From Sarea resinae (taxonomy: Eukaryota), in the NCBI GenBank assembly GCA_026026165.1, contig JAPEUD010000035.1, forward strand, positions 1-64,000: DNA of 64,000 nucleotides, read 5' to 3'. Position 1 is the first letter of the stretch. Each line of letters begins with the position of its first letter. This document shows, piece by piece, positions 47,234-59,361 of the stretch. A program made the translations under genes and the position numbers. The notes below the pieces were generated by a model. That model was not told the DNA's origin. It ran no database searches and saw only the letters and a program-made list of their open reading frames with translations.

Positions 47234-49546
47234 TCCCGCTTCTACCCACTGTCAATCACGCAGACAGTGCATTTCGAAGAGCCCGGACTCAGGAGGCCGA
47301 GTGGGAGTGGTCGAGGAAAGAGGAGAGAAAGAAATGGATTACTAGGTAGGTAGGTAGGTACCTGGTAGCTCAGGTGCGGGTGCGGAAAAGGGCGATGGGG
47401 ATGGAGATGTGTGTGAAAGAGGGATTTGTATGGAAAAAGGGTCCTAGCTCAGACCCGTCGAACGGGGGGGCCGTGCGTCCTGTCGCAGATCGCGGACCGT
47501 TTTGTGGTCTGGTAGGTAGGTGGGTGGGTAGGTGGGTGACCCACGGGTTAGAAGACAGCTGGCGGCGGAAGGGAAGGCGAAGGGAAAGGAAAGGCGGAAG
47601 GGAAGGGAGGGAGGAGACATGTGTGTTGGGCTGGAAGCGACGGAGGGGTTGCGTGTTGTGGGGTGGGGGGAAACATGTTTCTGACAGCTTTGACATCTCT
47701 GACATCTCTGACAGCTGTCACGGATCTCATGGGCATCAGGTCCAGGGAGCTCTGGAACCAGTCGCCCTTGAAGACATACGCTCCCCGTGGGATGGGATAC
47801 GTATGGGAGGACAGGGTGTGTGGCGTGGTCTTGTTCTCGTTCTCGTCCTCGTCCTCGTCCTCCACGTCTCTGCATGGCGAGAAGGAAGGGATGGGAGGAG
47901 TGGAGTGTACTTCGTACCTTGCGAGGGGGAAGAAGGGCGCACATCGAACTTCTTCGACTGATCGCCCGTTAGAGAGAGAGAGAGGTCTTGTTCCTATCTG
48001 TTCTGTGAAATAGTAGGCCTTGAGCAAGGCTGACTTATTTTCTGTAGGCTTGTTTGCCCGATTGATTGGGGGGATGCTGCTGCTTTACTTTGTCTTTTTC
48101 CGCGCCTGGTGGTATCCCGTTTTCGCACTTCTTTTACCTATATCTTTATCGCCTGCTTCCTTTTCTACGGATCAGAGATTTCCTGGCACGTTTCTACTGT
48201 CTTTCTGAGTCTCCTATGCAGTCTAGTATCCACTGCCGTCCGCGAGGTCAACGGCAGACTAGTCCTGTGAGGTATGAATGGATTCCTAACGGCCGCTCTG
48301 TCTCTCTCTCTCCCTTTCTTAGCAGATCCAGACCTCTTCCAGGGCGAGGAAGCAATAATTACGTTATTTTTCCAGCCGAGTGTCTGCCTTTTCTGCCTCG
48401 CTCTCTTTCCCGTACGTAAGACCCAAGTGAGCAGGGTGCCCAGCGCGCCGGTCAAGAGGGAAGAAAGCCATACCTTACTTCAAGCCTTCCTGCTCTTGCA
48501 TCAGTCTGTGCGGATACACACGACCAAGCACTGACCGACCCGGTAGGAAATAGCACATATGCACTGTTTTCTCCACGGGACAGAAAACTTACCTCATCCC
48601 CTCTCTTCTCTACCTTCTGTCTCTCTCTGCATCTTTTTCTCGTAGGAATTACAGCCATTCGCCAGCAGATCCTCTCTCGCCCCCCCTCACGTATCCTCCC
48701 CATGCCACACCATCCCTTCACACCCACACTCACACTCTCTGTTCCCCCCTCCCCACAGTCCCAAGAGAATGGCTCGCGGGTCCCTTGTACCTACACGACA
48801 CACACCAAACAACAAGGGGAGAGAACTAGGGGGTGAGGTAAGAATCATGAGTAGAAATACGCCCACCCCAAAGAAAAGTTTTGCTTCTGCTTCTGCTTTT
48901 GCTTTTGCTTCAAACCAAGTGTCAATTCACCTCTTGCATCTCGCTCGCTCGGTATTGTTTTTCTTTCTGAGGTTGCTTTAGGTTTCGTAACTCTGAAGTT
49001 TTTCACAGGCCAAGCTCCCCCCGCGCAGCCCCTGATGACACCCCCTTGCTTTGCATTGCGGCCCGCCGTACGCTGCGCGCAAGGGATGTCAAACGCACGT
49101 GAGTGGGGGAGACGGATGACAAGGACGAGACGTTGTCTACCTGTATCTTGAGCAAGAGAGCAAACATGGAGGATTTAGGATTAGTTGATTGTACGTACGT
49201 TAGGATGAGGAGGGAGGTGCAGGCGAAGTTGCTGTTTGTCAAGTCCGAGGTTGATCCGTCGTCGGGGCGGGTGGCCAGCCGGCCCGGCCTGCACGCGAGC
49301 GGCGATGATGTGTTTTTAGGCCTGCGGCTAAATCGCATTTCGGAGTCATACGCTATCGCGATAATCGCGCCCACCGCTGATAATTATCACCATCAAATGC
49401 GAGCCAGTCGAGCCTCATTCAAGAAAGATTTCCTCTTGTCCGGTGCATGGCGCAGACAGCTTCATCCCTTGATTCCTGCATCACAATCCGATAGACCTTT
49501 CGGAAACAGTATTACTTGCGACAACAGCCAGAGCTCCGTCTTCATC

Positions 49547-50564
49547 ATGACTGCCACCACGAACGGAGGCGCATCTTCTGCTCCAGCCACGGCTGCGAAG
49601 GCTGGACAGAAAACCCTCAAGATCCTCATGCTGCATGGTACGTGACTCTACCAATCCAATCTCACACAACGAACCTTCCCCCTTCCCCATCAAACAAGGC
49701 ACCGCAAGCTGACCCGGAACTTCGTCGGCCAACCAACCAGGCTACACGCAATCCGGCCCCCTCTTCCACAACAAAACCCGCGCGCTCCAAAAGACCCTCC
49801 AGAAGTCCTTCGCAACCGCCACCGCCACCTCGCCCAGCACCACGCTCGTCTTCAGCTACCCCACGGCCCCGCTCCACCTCTCTCCCCACGACATCCCAGG
49901 CTACACCCCAAACACCGACTCCGCCTCGCCGCCGGCCGAAGGCCAAACCACCGACGCATGGGGCTGGTGGCGCAAAGACGACACCAGCGGCGCCTACACG
50001 GGGCTCGAGACGGGCCTGGCCACGATCGCCACCACGCTGCGCACCGAGGGGCCCTTTGACGGCGTGATCGGCTTCTCGCAAGGCGCGGCCGCCGCCGCGA
50101 TGGTAGCGTCGCTGCTGGAGCCGGGCCGACTAGAGGCCTTCCGCGCGGCCGAGAGCGAGAACAAGGGTGCCATGCCGTTCCCATCGTCGTTCCTCGACGC
50201 CCACACGGACGCCGTCATCCACCCGCCGTTGAAATTCGCCGTCTCGTACAGCGGCTTCGTCGCCCCACACGAGTCATATACCGCCTTCTACCACCCGCCC
50301 GTGCGCACCCCCGTCTTGCATTTCCTGGGCTCGCTCGATACCGTGGTCGAGGAGGCGCGGTCGCGGACGCTCGTGGATGCCACCGCGCCGTGGCGCGCCG
50401 ACGTGGCTGAGGGCCAGAGGGTCGTGTTTCATCCCGGCGGCCACTTCCTGCCGAGCCAGAAACAGTATCTGAATATCTTGATCGGCTTCATCAGGGAGAT
50501 GGTTGCGGAGCGCGAGGGCAACGGTGGGGAGGAGAGCGTCGAGGATATGGACGTGCCCTTTTGA
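49547..50564 (+). CDS. FSH1/OVCA2-family serine hydrolase; intron 49638-49740
   Basis: KILMLHG|YTQSG, GPFDGVIGFSQGA (nucleophile elbow), LHFLGSLD, HPGGHFLP. Confidence 0.92.
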
Positions 50565-50942
50565 TTGATTGATTGATTGATTTGGATGCGAGACGACCAT
50601 GAATTTCTACGATCGCTTTTGTACATATACGGCACTTTAGACTGCATATATTATAGATTGGCGACAGGGATAGAACCATAGAAAAGGCGTCCATAGACCT
50701 AATTCAAGATTTACCTGGTGATGTCTGATGATAACCTCGAACACTGCAATTCATAGGACACGCACGGATGAGCTTTCAATCAAAGATTTACTAGATTCCG
50801 GAAAAGCACAGCTCGGGCAGAATATCTAAACGCCGTATATTCCACAACGATGCCCCCACGGAGGAGCGAAAGAGGCCTTCCAAAGCCTTCTTTCACCCCT
50901 CATGCTAATTCATCCACGTACAATACAGCTTGCGTGACTTTG

Positions 50943-52649
50943 CTAATGTACCTTCGCCGCCTTTCCGCCCTTCTCCGCACCTGCAGCTGGCGACTGAATG
51001 CGCGCCATCATCTCCTCCTTCGTGATCAGATGGTCCACCCTCTCCAGCAGACCAAGCAAGCTCTTCATGTTGCTGCTCCACTCGTTCAACACGTCGTCGG
51101 CATCTCTCGGCTTCGCGAAGCTGACGATCCCCGCGGGCCGGTCGATCTTGGCGTACACAGTCTTGCCCGTGACGAGATCGGAGATGTACTTCTCGGTCTC
51201 CTCTTCGTTGAGATCGAGCAGCTGTGTGAGACGGCCGAGCTGGATACGCGTGTAGTATTTGGCGACGACGCGCACGTTGTGCTCAATGACACGCTTTCGG
51301 AGGTCTTCCCATCGAGTGAAAGCCTTCGGATCAGCGGATTGATTAGCTTGGGCGTCGAAGACGTCGGTGCCGCAAAGATGCGGGCCAAATTGCTGGGCTA
51401 CCATGGGCCAGCGCATGAGTTCTGGAATGGTGAAAAGGCGGAGGAGCTGGGCGTCCAGGGGAAGTTGCGCGTTGCGGGAATCTTTGTGGATGCGGTGGAG
51501 CAGGTCTGATTGTTCGTTGTCATGCGGGGCAAGGATGATGAAGTAGATGACACGTTGGAGGGCCTAAAAACATCAGCTTTGTAACTATTTGTCCACGACG
51601 ATTTGCTTACGGATCGTAGTCTTTCGGGGTCTTCTTCCACGGCCTCGGTGTCCAACACTTGTCGCCAATTCTTGCAAGCGTCAAGGTATTTATCGTCATG
51701 CTTGGCCATGATTATCTGTAGCTCATAATACCGTAGCTTCAAATCAGTAACGTCGTCTTCCTTCTCCAGCGGTGGGTCATCAGCGCTCCTGTTCTTCTCT
51801 TTTTCCTCTCTCTCCTTCTGGTCCTTTTCCAGCTGTTCTGGGCTCTTTTTAGGCTTTCGCCCAAAGAACTTTGTGCTTATTTTCCGACTCAAGATGCCCG
51901 CTTGTGTCCAGTCCTCATTCTCTATACACAAAGCAACTTGTTGAAGGATGAACTCCGTCTTCTCTCTTCGGCCCATAGATCCAAAGGTCTCGACTTGCAA
52001 TTCGCAAAGAACATCAGCTGCCGCCTTCTTATCACCCTGCTTGTACTTCATATCGGATAGTATTCGGGTAATACGGGCTCGTTCGACCTCAACAAAGATC
52101 TATCGCAATGAATGTCAGCCATGATCTCATATACCGCTGAGCACGAAAAGCATACCTTTCCTTCCGTCACCGTTCGGAGTGTCTCTATGACAGACAACTT
52201 CTTCTCTTTATCTGTGTCCTCCTTCAAGTCATCCAAGAAACTCATGACCACCTGAACCATCTTGGTCGTAGCCTGTTTGAGCTGTCCATGCTTCTTCGAG
52301 AGGAGGAGCACTTGCTCGTTGAGCAAATTCCAGTCTCCCGACTCTTTGCATATTGTCACGATCCCGACGAGGAGGCGAGAAGTTGAGGCAAGATCAGACG
52401 CCTGTTACGATATGGTTAGGAGGGCCGTGAGAAAACTATACGAGGGCTTACTTGGCGCGTCTGCTTCTCTAGGGCAAGGAGCTTCTCAAGGGCGACTTGG
52501 ATATTGCTCTATGTAGACATGATTAGCTCTGGAAGTATCGGCTCGAAACGAGAACGTCTTACTTGGGCGAGCTCCTGGGCTTCTGGGAGCTGCTTGTCCA
52601 CCTCCTTCGTGAAGTCCTTGTCCGCCTTGACGATCTGGCCGTCCGACAT
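50943..52649 (-). CDS. RPN5: 26S proteasome lid subunit Rpn5 (PSMD12), multi-exon
   Basis: KADKDFTKEVD, LSKKHGQLKQA, LRTVTEGK|IFVEVERAR, ELQVETFGSM, PCI domain LRKRVIEHNVRVVAKYY. Confidence 0.96.
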
Positions 52650-53149
52650 TGTGGCGACGGAACAAGCTTAGAGGGTATTCGAGACAAGTCGGTTGTATGG
52701 ATGGGGAGGTTCGATGAAGGGATTGTTTGATGACTCGAAGAGTAAAGTAGATGGAGATGCAGGTCAGATGGCGCCAATGGTTGAGATGGCTGCTAAGGGA
52801 AGGTAAGCTATGAGGTATGTCGCTCGCATGCGTAAGGTACCCGAAGCTGCGATATCTTACGAAATGCGTATGCGGACGCTACAGCCTACCGGAAGGTACG
52901 ACAGGCGAGTAAGACATTGTACGCAGATATGCAAATGCATCATTGATGGGTCTCGATGCCATCCATCATTGTCAACTCTACCTACACGGGCTTCTATTCC
53001 TTACTCCACTTTCGGTCAGTGCCTTCAGTGCTGCTCCATCAAACCCTGAACGTCCGACTCTATAGCGACCTGGGTACGATAAATTGAAGCTGAGATTGAC
53101 ATCGAGAAGAGTCAGGTACCACATCCAGTCTCCGTCCTGTTACCCCACC

Positions 53150-53934
53150 ATGGCCGGGCAGCAACCCCCACTAAGCTATGAGGCTTCGGCGAATCCAACC
53201 CATCCCGAGGCTTCCTCGGATCTTCCTTCAGAGGTTGTCACTTGCCTTAAAAATGCCCGATATGTGCGTATACGTGTCGACGACCAATTTTCCTGGCTAA
53301 TGCGCTGTAGCTCCATCTGGCGACATGCGACTCTCTATGGCCTCACGTCTCGTTGATGAACTACACTTACCTGCCCTCGACACCTTTCACCTCCCACCCG
53401 ACAATAGTAATGACCACCAACCCGTCATCGAAGAAGACTCTTAATCTGGTCAACAATCCCCGTGTGAGCTTACTAGTCCATGACTGGATTTCGCACCGAC
53501 CTCCCACCCAAACCCACGATCCCCAACGCGAAGGATCGCCGCCGCCCCAGGCTACGCGGTCAAGCTTGGCTAGTCTTTTGCTGAACTTAAATACCAGTGC
53601 TATGTCAAGTATAAGCGCCACGATCAATGGTATCGCGCGAATAGTGGAGCAAGGAAGCGAAGAGGAGACATGGTACAAAAGGAAGCACCTCGAGAATAAT
53701 ACTTTCGAGGATCAACCTAGGGGCGAGAACTGGCTTGGAAATACGGCAAATGGCCGTGAACAAGAAGGTGATGGTGGGCGAGGCTGTTTCATTGAAGGCG
53801 AAGAGGTCCGCGTTGTGGTGGTGAGTATCAAAGACGGCAGGATTGCCGACTGGAAGGGAGGAGTCAAGGATTGGACCCTCATCGATGAGAATGAAGGGGA
53901 GAGATATGCAGATGGGCTTGTCAATGGTGTTTGA
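53150..53934 (+). CDS. Pyridoxamine 5'-phosphate oxidase-like FMN-binding split-barrel protein, 2 exons
   Basis: CLKNARY|LHLATC...PHVSLMNYTY, SKKTLNLVNNPRVSLLVHDW. Confidence 0.85.
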
Positions 53935-54889
53935 AAATGATGCAGAAGCACGCGTTTTCTTCTTTGGCACAGCACATCCGGTTTCTCTTGCTCTCCAGCT
54001 GGCCATCCATCATGTTCTCCACATGACCACATCAGCCTTACTGTGAGGACTTTTCCAACGTAGGGACAATTCTAGCAATACCGTATGCTTCTTCTTCTCT
54101 AAGCTGTATACCCCCACTCGAGCGAGGTTCCAATATTCGCTCCTCAGATCACAGGTGGATTGAAGAAGGCAAACTCTGCAGGTCCCTCGGTCCCTCGGTC
54201 CTTGCACGAGGTACGAAAGACGTCGTACATTAAAGTTCAAGGTGGTCAAAGGAAGCCCACAGGATTATGGATGTTAGGCAGGTACTGCAGTGAAGTCAAC
54301 GGGCGGCCAAGCTTTGCTTTGAAATGGAAGTCGAGGGCATATCAGACATGGAAGCAGACAACCTGAAGGACTGTCTTGAGCTGCTTTCGGCGTAAACCTA
54401 TTAGCCTCGTCGATAGTCCGGGGTAGGCTCTCGCGTGCGTGGACGGAGTGCCAGGGACGAAGAACCGAACCTGAACGGTACGCAGTAGGTACGGTCGATC
54501 ATCTTCGTCATAGCTCATCCACCTTCTTGTGGGGAAAGCTGTTGCCCTGAAGAAGTAAAATGACTATTTGGGGAGCTGGTGCCTGCCACATCTTCTATTC
54601 TCGACTCTCTCCAGTCTTCCTTCCTCTTCGTTCTTGATCGACCTACCGCATTACTTTGAAAGACATAATTTATTATCAATTTGCCTTCATCTCAGACACA
54701 TCCGTCGCGTATCTGAGACCCTCGTTACTGGCCCTTTGTCGTGTGCCCGACATCGCAGCTAGCTACCTACTTGTAACTATTTGGACTGTCGTCCAGTCTG
54801 TCCGCTCCCGCATTTGCCTTCCATCTTGTTTCTCTCCTGGATAGACCTTTACAGCTACTGTGTCTACGATTCATGCCCTCGTCATAAAT

Positions 54890-56025
54890 ATGCTTGCAAA
54901 GCGAGTCTGTCCGAGCTCGCGCTCTTCCCGTGCTATCTCGGGTGCCGTCCGAAGTTTTACAACCTCGCAATCCTACCTGAGGCAGCCGCAGAAGTTTCAG
55001 ACACTAGCAGACATCAAGCACGAGGATGCTCCGGCTTTCGAGGCTCGTCAGCAGGAGTTCCGCGATAAGCTAGCTGCTGCCCAAAAAGAACAAGAGCGTG
55101 AGTACCACGCGTCTCCGCGCGTCGATGGTGCTCAATTGCTTCTCATGTCTTTCCTTTAATGGGTGACTGACTGTGTTGCAGGTGCATCAACCTTACAAAG
55201 CCAAGATGCTTCCAAGCGCAAAGGACCTCTTCAATCCCTCATCTACGGCACTCATGCAGCCAAAGTGATGGATGAAGAGATCGAAAAATCGTTCTCCCAG
55301 GTGCTTGCGAGAGGCAAGTACATGCACTCTATCGTGTTCCATCACGTCAAGCCAGACAAGGTGGATGAGTATATAGATCTTGTTGGCAGCTGGTACCCGA
55401 GAGTCGCTGGGGACCCGGGAAACAAAGTTCACCTCGTTGGGAGCTGGAGGACAGAGGTTGGAGACTGCGATACGTTTGGTATGTCTACTATGGGCTATTC
55501 TCCAATCTTTGAATTGTCTGCTTACAATGAATCATCTCAGTCCACATCTGGGAATACCAACGCTACGCGGGTTACCACGCCTCTTTGAATACCATCGCAG
55601 CACATCCCGAATTCCCTTCCTTCGACAAGAAACTGAAGACGCTCATCACAGCAAAGAATACGTCTCTGATGCAAGAATTCTCCTTCTGGCCTACCGCCCC
55701 TCCTCGTGACCTTGGTGGTGTTTTCGAGCTCCGCTCATACACGCTGCATCCTGGAAATCTGTTGGAATGGGAGAATCATTGGCGGCGTGGTCTCAAGGCT
55801 CGCAAGGAGGTGATGGAAGGTGTCGGTGCATGGTTCGTGCAGATCGGCGAGCTCAACACAGTCCATCACTTGTGGCAGTTTGCGGACTTGGAAGAGCGAC
55901 GAGTCAGGAGAGAGCAGAGCTGGGGCATCGAGGGATGGGGCGAGACAGTCCACAAGACCGTGCCGCTGATTCAGACAATGAAGAGTCGCATCCTGATCCC
56001 CATGCCGTGGTCGCCAGTAGCATAA
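54890..56025 (+). CDS. Mitochondrial NIPSNAP-family protein, 3 exons
   Basis: Presequence, SFSQVLARGKY, LVGSWRTEVGDCDTF|VHIWEY, FELRSYTLHPGNLLEW, GAWFVQIGELNTVHHLW. Confidence 0.92.
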
Positions 56026-56601
56026 AGCTCGGGATGGTGGGAACGTTCAGTCTGGAAGCCTCATCTTTTCGCGGAGAAATGGCCAACTCAATTGCATTGT
56101 TCTAGGCGATGTGGATATCGCACAATGCATCCTCTCGGCTGCCCAGAGGTGTCGGTGCGAGGTGGGTATCCATGCCATTTGGTTCCTCTGGTCTCAAAGT
56201 TCATGCACGTAGATCAGATGGGATGAAACGGAAAGGACGGGATGGGGCGACTGTTGTATTGTTATTATCTGCGATAGCATCAAGTGAGCAGTTGAAGCGG
56301 TGAGTGTGCCGAGCATGGCATGAGGCCTCTGAACGTGATGCGCCATGTGCGATGCTGCCCAGTGGTTGGCGGATGACGTCCCTGCTACGCTGCGCATGAC
56401 GCCGTCGTCGCGTCTTCCCTGAATCGTCCTCGTACCTGCACCCTCGCGCTTGCTTCCAGCGCACATCCCACCTTTGTACTCTGGAGAATCGACAACAGGC
56501 CGACCTGATTTTCGGATTTTATTGTTGAATCTCGACAACACCATATCCCATGCACCACCGCCAGTAAAGATTCTCTCGTCTTAGAGCATCGGTGGCCCAT
56601 C

Positions 56602-58367
56602 ATGGTTTACATTCGCCAATATATGCTGCCTCGCCTGAAGGAGTACAAATACTCTGGCGTCGATCACTCGCTGGTGTCCCGATATGTGATGAAGCCATTC
56701 TACACCAATGTTGTTATCAAATGCTTCCCCATGTCGATGGCGTAAGTAACTCTCGAAACCCCTTGCATGAGAAACAAGACACATTACGGGCTTCTGTCAC
56801 TGAGCAATCGCTAACTTTGCAATGCCAATTCAGGCCAAACGCCGTAAGTCGCATTCGCACGAGGCGCCTGCTCGGAAGTCTAGAGACTGAGACATCTTGT
56901 GTGCATAGATCACCCTCACCGGATTCGGCTTCGTCATCGTCAACTTCCTGACGCTGCTCTGGTATACGCCGACATTGGATCAGGATTGCCCTCCCTGGGT
57001 GTACTACACGTGGGCTTTAGGGCTGTTTCTGTACCAGACTTTCGATGCCGTCGACGGTACTCAAGCGTATGCTGCCCCTGGTTCTAGCTGAGTGGGTGAT
57101 AAGGAAGGCTGATAGTATCTTTGCAGCCGGAGAACACATCAGAGTGGGCCGCTAGGGGAGCTTTTTGACCATGGTATGCGCCACCAACGGATTCGCATGG
57201 AAACATCGAGCTGACAGGACTCTCTGCAGGCGTCGACGCTTGTAATACTGTGCTGGAGGTCCTCATCTTTGCGGCCGCCATGAATCTCGGACAAGGATGG
57301 AAGACGATCATGACGCTTTTTGCCTGTGCGTCTCAATTTTTTCAACTTATCATCAAATTCTAACCTCTCCCCAGCGGTCCTAACATTCTACGTCCAAACA
57401 TGGGATGAATACCACACCGAAACTCTTACCCTCGGTCTGGTCTCCGGCCCCGTCGAAGGCATTCTCACCCTCTGCATCGTCTACGCCCTGACCGGCTACA
57501 TTGGCGGCGGCAGCTTCTGGCAGCAATCGATGCTGCAGACTTTTGGCATTGCGAAACACGGCTTCATCCCCGAGGTTCTCTATGACATGCCGTTCAACGA
57601 ATGGTACATGGTGTATGGTTCGGTTGTCCTTGTTTTCAACACCGTTCAGAGGTATGCTACAGAGCCTCATCCGCATCATGCATCTCGTCTCCGATCCCAT
57701 CTGCGACCGATCCAAATCTGCTACAAATTCTCTAATCTCTTTGAGCCAGTGCCCTAAATGTCATGCAAGTGCGCCGCTCGCGCGGTCTCCATGCCCGCTC
57801 CGCCCTGCTAGGCTTGATCCCCTTTTTCTTCACCTGGGCCCTGATTCCACTTTACCTATTGCTCCAACCCACAATCCTGCACCATCACATTCTACCCTTC
57901 ACCTTCTACGTTGGACTCATCAACGCCTTCTCCGTCGGCCAGATGATCACGGCGCATTTGTGCAAAGCTCCTTTTCCTTACGGCAACGTCCTCATTGCCC
58001 CGCTTGGATTTGGAGTGATTGACTCTCTTGGAGAGTGGCTGAAGGGCGCGGTCGGGTTCGGATGGCCGAGTGCGCTAGGCGCCGGCGGGTACCAGGTCGC
58101 GTTTGTGTTTTTGGCGCTCGGGTTGGCGTTTGGAGTCTATGGGAGCTTTGTGGTAAGATTGAGCAATTTCTTGGGCTGAAATAAGACATGCCTTTACTTC
58201 CTTCCATCTCGCTCCCTTATTTCGACCGCGCATATGGCTAATCGAACAATCGCATCTAGGTCGACGTCATCTTCGCCATCTGCGACTATCTCGATATCTG
58301 GTGTCTGACCATCAAACACCCGTACAACGAAAAAGAAGAGGAGAAGCAACAGCAGAAGACCAAATGA
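56602..58367 (+). CDS. Choline/ethanolamine phosphotransferase (CDP-alcohol phosphatidyltransferase, CPT1/EPT1 family), multi-exon with a 10-nt microexon
   Basis: YKYSGVDHS, A|PNA|ITLTG, QTFDAVDGTQA|RRTHQSGPLGELFDH|GVD (CDP-alcohol motif), TWDEYHT, ICDYLDIWCLTIKHP. Confidence 0.93.
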
Positions 58368-59361
58368 AGCGAGAATCCAGAACTCTTCTTTCCCAGAGGC
58401 GGAGTCTCAGGCTTGTCAAGTAGCAGCGCTGTTGGTGGTTGGTGGTAGTACAAGGAACATTAGCCTTTGGGGCCTATTGGAAGGTCGATTGTAGTGTTGA
58501 TAGCGGGACGCGGGAAGGCAAGGGAGGGGTAATTCCAACGAGGGTAGAGTGATTGCTGTTAGACGGCCGTAGCAGTCAGTAGCGATTATAAATGGTCGTG
58601 GTGGACATGTAGACGGGGCGGTTTACTGGTCCACTTGTTCTGGCTTTTCCCTTTTTTCCCCCTCCTTTTTCTTTGCCCCCTCTCCCTGTCTCTGTCTCTT
58701 TCTTTCGTTCTCTTTCTCTCTCTACTGCCCTTCCTCTCCACGATTGTTCCCTCCCTCCCCCACAGAGATAGATAGATAGATCGATGATAGGGCCAGTCAG
58801 TCAGTAATATAAACACCAACTCTTCCGGCCCCTTCAATTTTCCCCCTAATGATAAAGCAAAGCAAAGCAAATCCGGCATCTACGAGAAAAGAAGAGGAGA
58901 AGAGAAAAAGAAGTCGGAGAAAAGAGAAAGAAGGAAAGGGAGAAGTTCCAGGGAGGAGAAGAGAAAGAGAAAGAAAACAGGAGAAAAGAGTCGAGAAGAG
59001 GAAGAAAAGAGGAAGACGAAGAGGAACAGGAGAGGAGAAGAGAGCAGAGTAGAGTAGAATTTTTCTATTATCGACCTAGATAGAGCTATATGAAAGTTCC
59101 GTTTCCGTTTCGGCCACTTTGAAAGGGACCAGGAACGCCTGCCCATCTCGATCGAAGGACCCGAGTAGAACCCGAACTCGAACTCGAACCCGGACGCCAT
59201 ACTTAGTTTGATTGCCTCACCACCACCACCACCACCACATCCGACATATTCGACACGACGACTAGCCAAGGGCGAATCGGCTTAAGAAGACCCAATACCA
59301 ACACAAACAGGAAGACAAGACGGCTACATCTAGCCCCAGCTACTACGACTCTTCAGCTGCC

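Noticed and set aside
47370..48027. Overlapping 100-195-aa ORFs on both strands
   Set aside because: They arise from simple repeats and purine/pyrimidine tracts and show no protein-like signal.
58600..59060. Pyrimidine tract followed by a purine tract (ORFs rich in K/R/E or L/F/S)
   Set aside because: Explained as low-complexity 3' regions of the convergent CPT1-family and RSM22 genes.
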